Positions 13,681-32,740 of a stretch of 64,000 nt of DNA are shown here, in pieces. The notes under the pieces are model-generated. The model was not told the origin of the DNA. It did not search any database and worked only from the letters and a program-made list of their open reading frames with translations. Every line of letters starts with the position of its first letter. Within the stretch, counting starts at the first letter, position 1. The stretch is from the human T2T-CHM13v2.0 reference genome, Homo sapiens. The translations under genes were made by a program, and so were the position numbers. The stretch lies in assembly GCF_009914755.1 (NCBI RefSeq), contig NC_060925.1. The stretch is one strand, 5' to 3'.

Positions 13681-16600
13681 TCTAGTTGATCCTCATTTAC
13701 ACCAGAGGAAACGGATGCTCAGAGAGATAAAGGCACTTGCTTGAGGCCACACAGCCTGTGTGAGTGGGCCATCTGGCACCACTGTCTACATTCCATCTGG
13801 ATACCCAGCCATCTTCTAACTAATTGATTGAGGGCCCACTATGAGCCTAGCATTGAGTGAGGTGCTCATGAGCTCAGTGCGTGCTTACAACAACCCCATG
13901 AGGCTCAGAGAGGTGAGGTGATGTGCCCAAAATCACACAGCACATAAGTGGAGAAAAGCTCTGGCTGGCCACTACTTAGAGCTGTCTACTGAGAGGGCTC
14001 TGGACTCATAGCCAGGAGGTCTGGCTTCCAGTTCTGGAAGTGGCCTTCAATCTTAGGTTGCTCATCTGTACGCTCATACTGACTTCACAAGGAGATTTAA
14101 GGACCGGATATAAATGCCTTTTGTTAGTACAAGTTTAAGTGTGCTGCATGTTAGCTTTATTTCAGAAACCACCCATCCCCTCAGCCCAGCCTTGAAGATG
14201 GCCAGGGCTCTGGCTCTATTTTATCTGCCTTTTTCCTAAGGCTTTACACATTTTTTCACCTGTAAAGTGGGGGTGTTAATCCCCTGCCTCACAAGGCTAT
14301 TGCAGGGATAGAGTGAGATAAGGACTTGAGCGGAAGGCTTGGCATATAATTGGTACTTGGTAGACATTAGCAATTGTCTGTTATTATTTTCTCCTCTGCA
14401 CATCCTCTGCTCTAGCCAGAAGGGCCTTTTCAGCATCTTTGAAATGTGCCCTGACTAATCCTGTCACGCAGCTTTGCACAAGCTCTTGCCCCCTTTCCTT
14501 CTGCATCTCTGAATCCTTTCCCTTCTGGTCCCTCAGCTCCACAGACTGCTGCCCCAGCCACTGCTGGACTCTTGACTTTGGCTTCTCCTCTTGCTAAGGT
14601 CTGGGTCTTCTCTCCAGGTGGAGATGTGATGCCCTCCCCATACCTATGGCTAGAGAGGGGAAAGCCCTAATGTTTGCCATGGACTCCTGTGAGCCAGGCA
14701 TTTGACTCTTTAGTTGCTTGATGGTAGGGGGATCTGGGGGTCCTGATGGTAGGGCCAGGTGGCCAGAATGGTGGAGGATCACCCGGACATGGACAGCAGC
14801 TGGGTACTGACTATCTGAAGGAATGTTGGCATTTTACCACTTAGTGTGTTGCACTGGTGTGTACTGGTAAACCCCAGTCCTGCTGGAGCCACCACGCCCG
14901 GGTGTCAGTCAAGCTAGACCCATTCCCTGGGCATCCTCAGGACCCCTTTCTGGTGGCCTCTGCTATCCAGACCCTGGCTTCTTTTAGGGCGGCCCGGGGG
15001 CCCCAGACAGCTGGTGCACACAGAGCTCTGCAAGCCCCAGTGCCTGATTAATGACAAGTTGGCTCCCATGAAACCATGAGTAAGCAGCAATTCCAGACAA
15101 TTAGTTAGGAGGCCCAGGAGAAGGCTATCACAGGGTTACTGGTCACTGGCCCAGTTCTTCTCAAGACCCAGCCCTCTGCCAGGTAATGGACACACTGGAG
15201 AGGAAGAGACTGCGCCTCTTGGGGCTCCCACTCTGGTGGGGGAGACAGATGTGTAGGTCACACTGACAAGCTCAGTGACAGGGGTGTAAAGGTGTCATCT
15301 GGGAACCAGGGGACTACTGAGTGGCAGGGAAGACTTGAGGATGTGGAGGATGAATAATGACTATAATATGAGCTGCTGTTTACTGACCACCCACTCTAGC
15401 CAGCCACGGTTCCTCACACATAATCTCATTTAATCTGAGGAAACTGAGGCTCACAGATACATATATGTCCAAGGCTACACAGTTAGTGAGTAGTTCAACC
15501 AGGACACCACTCCAGGTCCATCTAACTTTAGAAACTTGAGACTACCAGACCCCTCTATTCATGTGCTGGTCAGACAGGTAGTGATATCCAGTCACAACTG
15601 TGGCTACCATTCATTGAGCAGTTACTACAGACCGGGTCTAATGCTAAAGGCCCTGCTGATTATCACCACCCCACACTGCCCAAGCATCCCTCCAGCAGCT
15701 AAGAGGGAACAGGTACAAATCGAGTCTCTGCCATCAATTTCCTTCTGAGCCTCAGTTTCTTATCTGGAAAATGGGGATCATGATACCTGTTTTTCAGGGC
15801 TTGCGTGAGGTTTAGAAATAGTGCATGTGAAGTACCTGGCACAGAGCGGGCCCCTGATAAGTGGTACTTAGTATCGTTATTCCAGGCAAAGACTGTAAAT
15901 GCTGGAGAATCTGAAGGGCCAGGGGTGTTTGGCTGTTGGCAGAATCACCCAGCCAGGGGAGACCTGATGGAGGAGGGTCAGCAGTGGACAGATTGTAAAG
16001 CGTCTTAAATCCCAAGGGCTGAATGGTTTGAACTTGGTACAGAGGGCAGTGGGAAGTGCCAATGGCTTTTAAATAGGGAAGTCCCTGCCTGGTCCCAGGT
16101 TCTGGGGATATGGGCATTAGCTAGACGTCCATGTTTGCAGGAACAACCCTGCAAAGACATAATTACTTCTGGAGAGATGTCTGCAAAGGAAAAGTCCGCC
16201 AGGCTCTGGGCCCATATGCACCCTGACCCAGCCTGGGTTGGAGAAGACCTCGCTAAGAAAACAGCTTGTAAACTGAGCCCCAAGGAGAAGTGGGAAGCAG
16301 CAGCAGGAGCTGGGTGCAAGGCGGGCCTAAGAGGAGGCCTGTGTGTGACGGGAGTGAGGGGGTGGTGTGCAGGCTGGGGACGTAACAGTGGAGATCTGTG
16401 TTCGGAAAGAGCTTTCAGAGGCAGCATGGGGGACAGACCCGAGGGACAGAGGCTGGAAGAGACCAGTGTGGAGGCTGAAGCTGGATCTGAGGCAGCAGAA
16501 GTTTATGGGATGGGAGAAGGGAGGCTTCTTGGAGGAAGTGTCGGTCGGGTAAAGCTGGAAGATTGAGGAGACAGGTTCGGTCCTTGAGCTCCAAGGCACT

Positions 16601-17036
16601 GCGACCCAGGCTACAGGCCAAGCCCTACGTGCTCTGTACATTTAGCGCAAGAACTCTCTTTCACGTCGCCTCGGGAGCTACTGCACGTGGCGGCTGCCGC
16701 CCTCTGCCCAGCCCAGCCTAGCCAAGCCTGGCGGTCCCTGCCCGCTGCAGATGCTCATTTGCATTCATTTGCATACTGTTCCCCGCCCCTCTGGCCCCAG
16801 CTGCCTCTGGCCCTCCAGCCCGCGCCGCGCCCCCTGCCGGCAGCAGACGGCCCCGCAGCGCAGTGCCGCCCCCTTGGCCCGGCGCCCCCTTTCGACCACC
16901 GAGCGCGGGCCGCCCTGGGCCCGGGTGCCAGCCCGGTACTTACCCCCGACGCGCGTGCCCCGGGGCACGCGCTCCTGAGCCCGCCGCTCCAGGCCCTCCA
17001 CTGTCGGGCCCCGGTGTCCTCCAACATCTCTCCTGA

Positions 17037-17657
<621 letters not shown>

Positions 17658-18405
17658 GAGGAGCCAGGTTCCCCTTCCTCCCTCCCTTCACCGGCCCCCT
17701 CCCGGCTCTTAGCTTCCACTCCCTTGTGTGTATTCTGGCTGGGGGCCAGATTGGGGAAGCCCTTCTCCCCGGGTCTGCCCTGTGGGGGGCTTCCGGAAAA
17801 GGGAACCCTGCGGTACCCCCAGGCCAAAGCAAGTAAGCGGTTAGCACCCCCCAATCCCAGAGGCAACAATAGAGACACAGGCTGGGTTGGTCTGCCCCTC
17901 AGTCAGGCCCCCTTACCCACCCACCAGCCCCAAGGCCCGACCCCTCCCCCAAAGGGGCAGTCCCCTTCTTGCAGGTCTCAGCTTGCGGGGTGGGGGGAGT
18001 CATGCCCAGGGGAGGAGACTTTTTATCTGGAGGGGAGAGAAGGATTCTAGGGGTGTGGAGTTGGAGAAAGAGGCTTCCTTGAGCCACCCTTCCCACCCCA
18101 GCCCTTGCTGGTCCCTAGGCCAAGCCACCAAGTGAAACCTTCCAGGATACTAGCCCGCCAGCTGTGGGCCCCAGAAAGCCAGCCTGCCTTTTAGCACTTG
18201 GATACACACAGACCCACGGAGCTCTCTGTGTTTGGCCTCTCACACACACACAGGCCCATAGACAGATGGGCAGATGCACCCAGAGCCCCATGCACAGTGT
18301 CCTGCGTGGGAAAGAGACACGGTCCCCCTGGCTGAGCCCCTGTCCTCCCCTCTGTCCCCCCAACCGCCCCCCCTGCATGCAGCCAAATGGAGCATCTCTG
18401 TTCTT

Positions 18406-18411
18406 TTTAAT
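18406..18411 (-). terminator. TMEM54: TMEM54 polyadenylation signal ATTAAA
   Basis: TTTAAT on + = ATTAAA on -, about 190 nt after the TMEM54 stop; the only AT-rich patch nearby. Confidence 0.75.
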
Positions 18412-18419
18412 AATTTCAG

Positions 18420-18425
18420 AATAAA
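18420..18425 (+). terminator. HPCA: HPCA polyadenylation signal AATAAA
   Basis: AATAAA about 760 nt after the stop codon, followed by GT/G-rich sequence. Confidence 0.85.
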
Positions 18426-18599
18426 GTCTCATTTCAGTGCAGTGGGCTGGGTGGTGGGGGAGAGGGTTGAAAGCCCCACTTGGGTCCCCGAGGGTCCATT
18501 GAGCCCTCTCAGGCCAGCTCCAGGAATCCTGGCCTGGTCACAGAGCAGAGTTGCTTGCAGGGTCCTAGTGGCCATCGGGCCTGGGCAGGACATCATCTC

Positions 18600-18674
18600 T
18601 CAGAGGGTCAGAGGCTCAGAGCTGGTGCAGCTCAGCAGGTCACGGCCCTCCACCAGCTCTGGGTTCTCCCGCAT
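18600..18674 (-). CDS. TMEM54: TMEM54 coding exon 6 (MRENPELVEGRDLLSCTSSEPLTL*)
   Basis: CTGCAG| acceptor, TGA at 18600-18602; six exons sum to 669 nt = 222 aa plus stop. Confidence 0.93.
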   Translation of the reverse strand: MRENPELVEGRDLLSCTSSEPLTL

Positions 18675-19099
18675 CTGCAGAGACACAGGAGGCTGCCAGA
18701 CCCACTGGTTCTCAGCCTGGGTCTCCTCCTCCAGGACATCCGGGAAATGGAAGGAGGTGAGGGCTGGAAGGCTCTCTGGGGGCAAAGGGGCATCACTACC
18801 CACTCCACTGCAAGAGCCAGGCCTGACCTTTGCAATGCCCTCAGTGCGAGCCCAGACACCCCTGCCCCTCCCTCAAGACTCATCCTGGGCCCTAGGAGAG
18901 CCAGGTGTCAGCTGTGTGACTCTGCTGGGAGATCTCACCTCTCCCAGCCTCCAGGCCTCTCCCTTTGCTCCTGGGGAGAAAACTTCTGCCCCATTTCTCA
19001 AGGTGGGGGCCCATACATAGGGGTGGGGCAGAGCAGCTTGGGCACCCTGGCAGGGGCTCCCAGGAAATTCGGGGAGTCAGGGCTGTGGAGGGAACTTAC

Positions 19100-19234
19100 C
19101 ATGTGGTGGCTGCTTTTCCCCCACCAGGGCCTCAGCTCCAGCAGCTGGTGGGTGAGCTGAGCACAGCGTACAGCAAACACGTTCTCCGCCACGCAGAGCA
19201 CTAGGGCGATGCCCCAGAGGCACAGGCTGGAGCT
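19100..19234 (-). CDS. TMEM54: TMEM54 coding exon 5 (SSSLCLWGIALVLCVAENVFAVRCAQLTHQLLELRPWWGKSSHHM)
   Basis: CCGCAG| acceptor, ATG|GTAAGT donor, 135 nt, hydrophobic TM segment. Confidence 0.94.
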
Positions 19235-19349
19235 CTGCGGGGCATGGGGCAGAGATGGCTGGCTGGAGTTGGGGGTGGAGGGTGGATTCCAAGAGCCCTT
19301 CCCACCCGTGCGAGGGCCTGGTGCCCCTACTCCAGGCCTAGGTACTCAC

Positions 19350-19538
19350 ATAAATGCGTGTGGGGTCGAAGGGACAGTCAGGTGCGAGGGCCAGTAGTTC
19401 AGAGCTCCCAAAAGTGCAGGCAGCCAGCAGTGCCTTGCCCTGGGTGGCAAAGGTCATGGCGATGGAGGCCAAGAGGCCGAGGGCACAGGTCAGAGAAAGG
19501 AGAGCACAGGCCACGCTCGAGCTAAACACTGTCCAGCG
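19350..19538 (-). CDS. TMEM54: TMEM54 coding exon 4 (RWTVFSSSVACALL...DCPFDPTRIY)
   Basis: TCCAG| acceptor, TAT|GTGAGT donor, 189 nt; CPFDPTRIY motif of the TMEM54/KRTCAP3 family. Confidence 0.95.
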
Positions 19539-19704
19539 CTGGACGGGGGAGGCCACTGGTCAATGGGCGTCGTGCTTGGCCCCCATGGGCAGCTCTGGCC
19601 TCCCTGAGGGTCAGCCTTACCCTCTCCAAGGAGGCCAGGCCCTTGGCGGGTGGCTGCTGCCCCTACCCTTCCCTCACAGCCCCATCCCAGGAGGCACCAC
19701 GTAC

Positions 19705-19764
19705 CAGGGGGGTGCTAGGGAGGTAGCGTGACAACACGATGGCTGCGATGCCTGAAGTGATGAC
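19705..19764 (-). CDS. TMEM54: TMEM54 coding exon 3 (VITSGIAAIVLSRYLPSTPL)
   Basis: CTACAG| acceptor, CTG|GTACGT donor, 60 nt, phase 0-0. Confidence 0.9.
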
Positions 19765-21920
19765 CTGTAGGGAAGGCTCAAGTCAGCCCTGACTCCTTGG
19801 CTGGAGGAACAGGGGCAGGGGGATCAGGGCCACTCTGGGATAATGATCTCACCGGCGCCAACCATTGCCCTCCAGACTCCCCCACCCCTCACCTGCTGCT
19901 TAGCCTGGGCCTCACATCTCCATCTGCCTCCTCATAGTCCAGCCTGACATGATGTTTCTAAAACAGTCACTCCCTCTCTACAACCTTCCATGAGTCCCCA
20001 CTCCTAAGCCTGTGTCTCAAGCAGGTTCATGTATCCTGGGGCCACCGGGGCATGCCAGGGTATGCATGGGACACCCCTTTCTGGAATGAAAAAGATTGTG
20101 GAAGAAACTAACCCAGTTAGCAAGGAACTAAAATCAAAATTGTTACATTGAAACAAACCAAGACATGTTATGGAGTAGAATTTTAAATCTCTGGGAGTAT
20201 TTTCAATGATTCCAGGCTCTCAGTGACCAGATCCCAGCCCCAACCCTGTTGGCTTCTCAGCCCTACCTGGGCTACCTTCCTCCCTCACTGCTCTGGATGT
20301 GGATGCCCATACACAGCCTGCTCAGGACACTGCCCATGCACCCTCTCACCTTCCTGCTCCTCTGCCCGTGTGGATCCTGCAAGCCCTGCTCAGGTTTGCA
20401 CACGTTTCCCTAACCAGCCTCGATCCCAAGGGGTGGGGCTACCCCACAGTTCAGCCCAACAGCTGCCCTCTGGATCTTTGGGGTCCACCCAGCCAGCCTT
20501 CCTCCTGATGTTCCTCACTGGACCAGGCTTGGGCCGGACCCATCTGAGGCAGGTGGTATGACGGGGTCCTGGGTTCCAGGCCTAGCATGTCTTTAGTTCA
20601 CATGAGAGCCACAACAGAGTGCCTCATCTCTGTGGGCTTAGCCCCACTCTGCAGGATGAGCTGACAGAAAGGACACTGGTTTTGGTGTCAGACACAAATA
20701 GTTTCCAATCTGGTTTGGCTTCTGTGTATCAGCAGGAGGTTGGGTGAATCCCTGAGTCTTGGTTTCCTCTTTTGTGAAACAGGTATAATAATGGCCCCCA
20801 GTTGCTGGGAGAAGTGAGGATTAACCGAGTAAGTGAGGGGAAGGCTGAAGTGGTCCAGCTCAAAGTCCATCCTGGTGGACCTCCTCGCCCTGAGCTCACT
20901 GCCTTCCCTGCCTTCCTCACAACAGTATTAGAGGAACTCCAAGGACCCTGCACACATCCGCCCATCCCAGCCCTGTCCCACCAACAGAGCCTCTCTTTCT
21001 TGCTGGGACCTATGACTCCCATTCTCCCAAGCCTTGAGGCCAGCAGGCTGTCTGAGCTTTATTTTGCAAGGGAGGAACAGGCCTAGAGAGAGAAATAAGT
21101 CCCTCAGCCAGGAGAAGGCAGGGATGGAACTCAGACACTGATGTGCGGGAGGATCTTCCCCCGAGGCTGTGGCCACTTGTGCTGACCGGCAAGAAAGAGC
21201 TTTAGAAACTTGAGACTACCAGACCCCTCCATTCATGTGCTAGTCAAACAGGTACTGATATCTGGTCACAACCGTGGCTACCATTCATTGAGCAGTTGCT
21301 ACAGACCGGGCCTAATGCTAAGCTCCTGCCAAATTGGTTTTCTCAGAATCTCCAGAACAGATCTTAGTCATTTCCACCTCCAACCTTCCCGTCTCCCATT
21401 CTCTGTACTCGGAATGCCATCTCAGCTTCCTTTCCTGCCTATGCTAGCCTCAGCATGCCAATATGTAGGTTCTGGTCATGGCAGCCTGTCTGTGAACTCC
21501 TGCTCATCCATCAATACCCAGGTCAGAGGCCTGCACTCTGTGAAACCCTCCGGCACCCTCCCAAGCTCACCTCCTGCTCCTTTCTTCTGTCCAGTGGTGC
21601 TGTGGCTATTCCTCGATGTAATAATCATCCTAGCTCACAGTAGTGGGTGCTAACAACATGCCATGCCAGACACTCTGCTAAGCACTTTGTGTGGATGATC
21701 TCATCAGTACCCATTAGGACCCTCAGAGGTAAACACTGTTACCATCTCCATTTGATAGATGAAGAAGTTGAGTGACTTGGGCAGTTGGTAAGTGGCAGAC
21801 AAAGGGTTAGTCCTTGAGGCTGTCTGCTTACCACCACAGGCTCTGGGTGGGGACCTGTTGAAGACCCTTCAAGCCCCCTCCAGCCTCCTCCCACCAACCA
21901 CCCTCCCAGCCTGGCCATAC

Positions 21921-22114
21921 CACGATGGCGGAAGTGACAGAGAGGATGTTGACCACGCAGTACTGCAGAGCCACCGCATCTTGAGGGGTGCCCACGTAGC
22001 GCAGCACTGTGCCATGGAACAGGGCAGCTGTGATGAAGCTCACATGGCCCAGCACCACCAGCACCAGGCCTGTCTTCATCAGCACCTTCCGGAAGTCGCC
22101 CACACTCAGGCCTC
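21921..22114 (-). CDS. TMEM54: TMEM54 coding exon 2 (GGLSVGDFRKVLMKTGLVLVVLGHVSF...VTSAIV)
   Basis: CCACAG| acceptor, GTG|GTATG donor, 194 nt, hydrophobic TM segments. Confidence 0.95.
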
Positions 22115-23211
22115 CTGTGGGGGACAGCTATGTCAGGGCTGTGCGTGGGGCTTATCCTGCTGGGCAGAAGGGGAAGCTGAGGCCCTGGCCCTAGTGATGG
22201 ACATTGGGTTCTAAATGTATTTCTGAATGACTTGGAGCCAGTAACTTGTCTTCTTTGAGCCTTGGTCTCCTCATCCATAAAAGGGGTTTGGGATGCCTTT
22301 GTGAGAATCCTTGGGACTCTAAGGCTGGACAAGCACACAGGTAGCTCTTAGCAGTAGCACTTGTTAGTGTTCAAGGTCATGAGTGGGGGGCGCTAGCTCA
22401 GGTCTCTAGCTCTAGACTTCGAGATCCTCCCACTAAGCTACCCATTCACTGATTCGTGTGTTCACTACACATGTTCACAGAGTGTCTGCTCTGTGCCAGG
22501 CCCTGGGGTACGACGGTGAGCTCCACAGTCACTCTCCAGGCCACAAGGAGCCAGAGTTCATTGGGCAGGAATTGGGCCCTGCTTGGTACTCAGATTCACG
22601 GATAGGGCCTGGTACACAGCAGATGCTGACACTGCTGCTGAACTGAACTGCCCAGAGCCAGGTGACTTGGGGAGGTAACTCAAGGCTCTGAATCTCCATG
22701 TCCCCATCTGTAAAATGGGAAGAAGAACCTTGTCTCTCAGTGGGTCCATGAGGAAGTGGATGGGAAAGTGTGGTGTACCCTGAGGGTACTGGGAAAAGCA
22801 AGCTCTCAGTGCAGGGGGAACCTGGCAGGATGGAGTGAGTGGGGGAAGCTGGGATCAAAAGAACACTGGGACTCATTCAGATGCTCTCAGTGGCCAAGTG
22901 GCTGCCCAGCCCTACCTGCACATGCCGGCTCCCGACCTGCTGTCTGAAATCTGCCCATAAGTCCTAGCTCTGCCTTCAAGGAGACACACCACACCCCCTG
23001 GCCCTGCCAGCCCCTCACTAGAGCCAGCTCTGAGACTTGAAGACTGTGGTCAGGCCCTAGAACTAAACATCCCCTTCTTTAGCTGCTTCTGATGGGATGT
23101 GACTCTGAGTCCCTTCCTAGACCTCCCTCTCCTCATCTGTGGTAGAGCGGTTTGGTCATATTTAATATACGGTAGCTCTGCAGCTGAAAAAAAAAAAAAA
23201 AAGAAAAAAAG

Positions 23212-24285
<1,074 letters not shown>

Positions 24286-24699
24286 TCCCAGATGAAGCCC
24301 AGCTGGCTTCATTTGTCTTACCACTGTGGGAGCGCATAGCAGCGCAGCCGGCAAGGTGCTAAGCGCTTTACTCTTAGAAGCTGCCCTCATCCTCATAGTA
24401 GTCCTAGGAGGTGGGAACTACTGTCCCCCTCTTACAGACAAAGAAACTGAGGCTCACAAGGTCTCTCGGCTAGACAGCGGGGATGCCCCAGGACTCTGCT
24501 GCCCACAAGCAGCATCACCGTGCCCAGGCAGTGGAAGGAGGGGGCACATTAGTCCCGCTCCCCCGCTGCTGATCCTTTTTGCCCACGGCTTTCCTTCCTG
24601 GCCTCGGGAGAGTGGAGAGTATGTAAGTGGGAGCCCCTTGTAAGGGTGGGGAAGCTGAGGCCTGGCCCCGGGGTCCCTTCTGGGTAAGATGGGGCTGCT

Positions 24700-25782
24700 C
24701 TCTCCAGCGTCTCCTCTGCCGCCCACCCGGGGGTCCCCGAGGGCAGTCGTGCGCCTCCGCAGGAAAGGCAAGAGAGGGCGAGGGTAAGAGACGCTACAGC
24801 CACATCGAGAAGACACCCGCAGCGCTCCTCCCCTCCATTTCACTGCTGGGGAAACTGAGGCCCAGAGAGGAAAGTGACCCGACCCCGGCCTCGTAGTAAG
24901 TTAGAGGCAGAGCAGGTGGCCTGGCCCCCTGGGGGCTCGGGTTCCGGGCTCAGTGCTCCGCTCCTGTGGGAGGGTTGGGGTGGTTCGGGGCCTCCCGCGC
25001 GCCCCCAGTCGCTCACCGAGGCGCAGACACATGTCGGCTCCGCGCTGGTCCCGCCCCCGGCTTCAGCGCGGCTCCCGAGGCTGCGGGCCGCCGGGGGACC
25101 CTGCTCCCATCCCGCTGGCCCGTCGCCCGCGCGCCCCGCACCGTCGCGCTCGCCCACTTCCCGCCCGGAGCCCGGGGCTGGGCGGCGCCGGACCGGCCTC
25201 CCTTCCCGTCACCCCCCGGGCCGCCCGGCCCCGCAGCGCCCCCGCGGCTCGTGCCCCTCCCGGCCGGTCGGACCGGCTGAGCAGCCCATGGCCCGCCCGC
25301 TGAGTCAGGCGCCGCCCCGCCCGGCCCGCCCGGCGCCGAGCCGCCCTCCCTCAGCCCACCGGCGGCGGCGGGCCCGCTCTAGAAAGGGAAACTGAGGCTC
25401 TGAGGAGCCGCCCCGCGCGGGCCCGCGGCAAGTTGGGGGTTGCCGGCGTAGCTGTGGTTACCGTGACTTGGGTGTGGCTCTTGGGCGGAAAGCCCCCGGG
25501 CCCAAGGCTGGGACGGAGAGGGGCAGCAGGGGCAGTGAAAGAGCTGCTGGGGATTGGGGTCTGCCCCTGCCTGCTGTGTGACCTCAGGCAAATCGCCTCC
25601 CCTCTCTGCGCTTGCCTTTAGCGCCCGCGAGTCTTGTCTTCCACGCTGAAAAAGGCGCTTTAAGTCTCCTTCTTAGTCGGGAGGGCCTTCAGTTCCGTCC
25701 TTGGAAAATCAGGGATAATTCCTGTCCCCGAAGGTCGTGGTGAGACAAAATAGGATACAAAAATTAGGTAAGAAAGCGCTTT

Positions 25783-25800
<18 letters not shown>
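24700..25800 (-). promoter_or_regulatory. TMEM54: TMEM54 CpG-island promoter with GC boxes and an AP-1 site (TGAGTCA, 25301-25307)
   Basis: CpG-dense; repeated CCGCCC; surrounds exon 1. Confidence 0.85.
25017..25032 (-). CDS. TMEM54: TMEM54 coding part of exon 1 (MCLRL G)
   Basis: GACATGT start, CTCG|GTGAGC donor; 16 nt gives the correct phase for exon 2. Confidence 0.88.
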
Positions 25801-26130
<330 letters not shown>

Positions 26131-26932
26131 CTAGCAAGAGCACATAGTAGGAGCTTTATTAGTACTGCTCTGGGTTGCTGAGCCCTTTAATGTGTCAGGA
26201 TGGACCCCAGTGAGGTCCCTTGTTAGTCTCAGCATCCCTTTGGCATAGGTACCATTCCTGCACCTTTGGGCTCAGAGACCACAGACCACTCACCCAAGAC
26301 CACCAGCTGGAAGTGGTGGAGTAGGCAGGAGCCTGGAATCCCCTTGGGTCTCTGTGCCCAAGTTCTGTAGAGTGGCCACACTGTGGCCACCTCCCTGGGC
26401 TCTTTCGGTCCTTGGAGGCACTTACTATGGGAACTGGGCAACATCTGTTCACAGCTTGCCCCACTTACCCCACTGGGCAGTGTCCCAGAGGTCAGGGGCT
26501 GGCTGGCTGTCTCTGGGTGCTTGGTTGGAGCCTGTCCTGGGGGCTGTCCACTGTCTGTGTGTCTTTCTGCACACCTGTGCTGACACCTGCGGCGCTGTGT
26601 GTGTTGGGCAGTTGGGTCAGATGTAGAGCCTCTGGAGTTTGGAGAACGCATTAACACCATGGGAGGAAGTGGAGCCATTTCTCCTAGGAAGCCCCCCGGG
26701 GCATCCCATCTGGTAACCCCCCAGCAGAGCTGCTTCCCTGTCACCTGCTGTCTGAAGGGGGATAATGTGCAGGGAATTCCGGGTGGGGAGACATATTTGT
26801 CAGGTGGAAGGGAAGATGGGGGCAGTTTATGAAGACATCGGGCTGGCATCGGAATGTTGATGTCCTCAGACAATCTTTTAGTAGGGCAATTTGGGTAGTA
26901 CTTACTCATATTATAAATGTTCAGACACTTGT

Positions 26933-27285
<353 letters not shown>

Positions 27286-27429
27286 TTATCCTACGCACCA
27301 GAGTGCAAAGATATGCATGCATCTAATGGTGTTTGTGGACAAACTGTTCCTAATAGCAAGCAATGGCACCAAAGTGATAACCAAGAGCGATGCAGGAGAG
27401 TGACGGGAAGGATTTTGCTTTTTGTTTTA

Positions 27430-32740
<5,311 letters not shown>

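Noticed and set aside
18274-19160. 248-aa and 226-aa + strand ORFs
   Set aside because: Antisense shadows of TMEM54 exons 5-6 and GC-rich UTR; they cross or follow the HPCA poly(A) site and show no homology
24840-25395. GC-rich ORFs at the TMEM54 promoter
   Set aside because: CpG-island artefacts
26229-26909. 226-aa minus-strand ORF upstream of TMEM54
   Set aside because: No recognisable domain or splice structure; plausible by chance in GC-rich DNA
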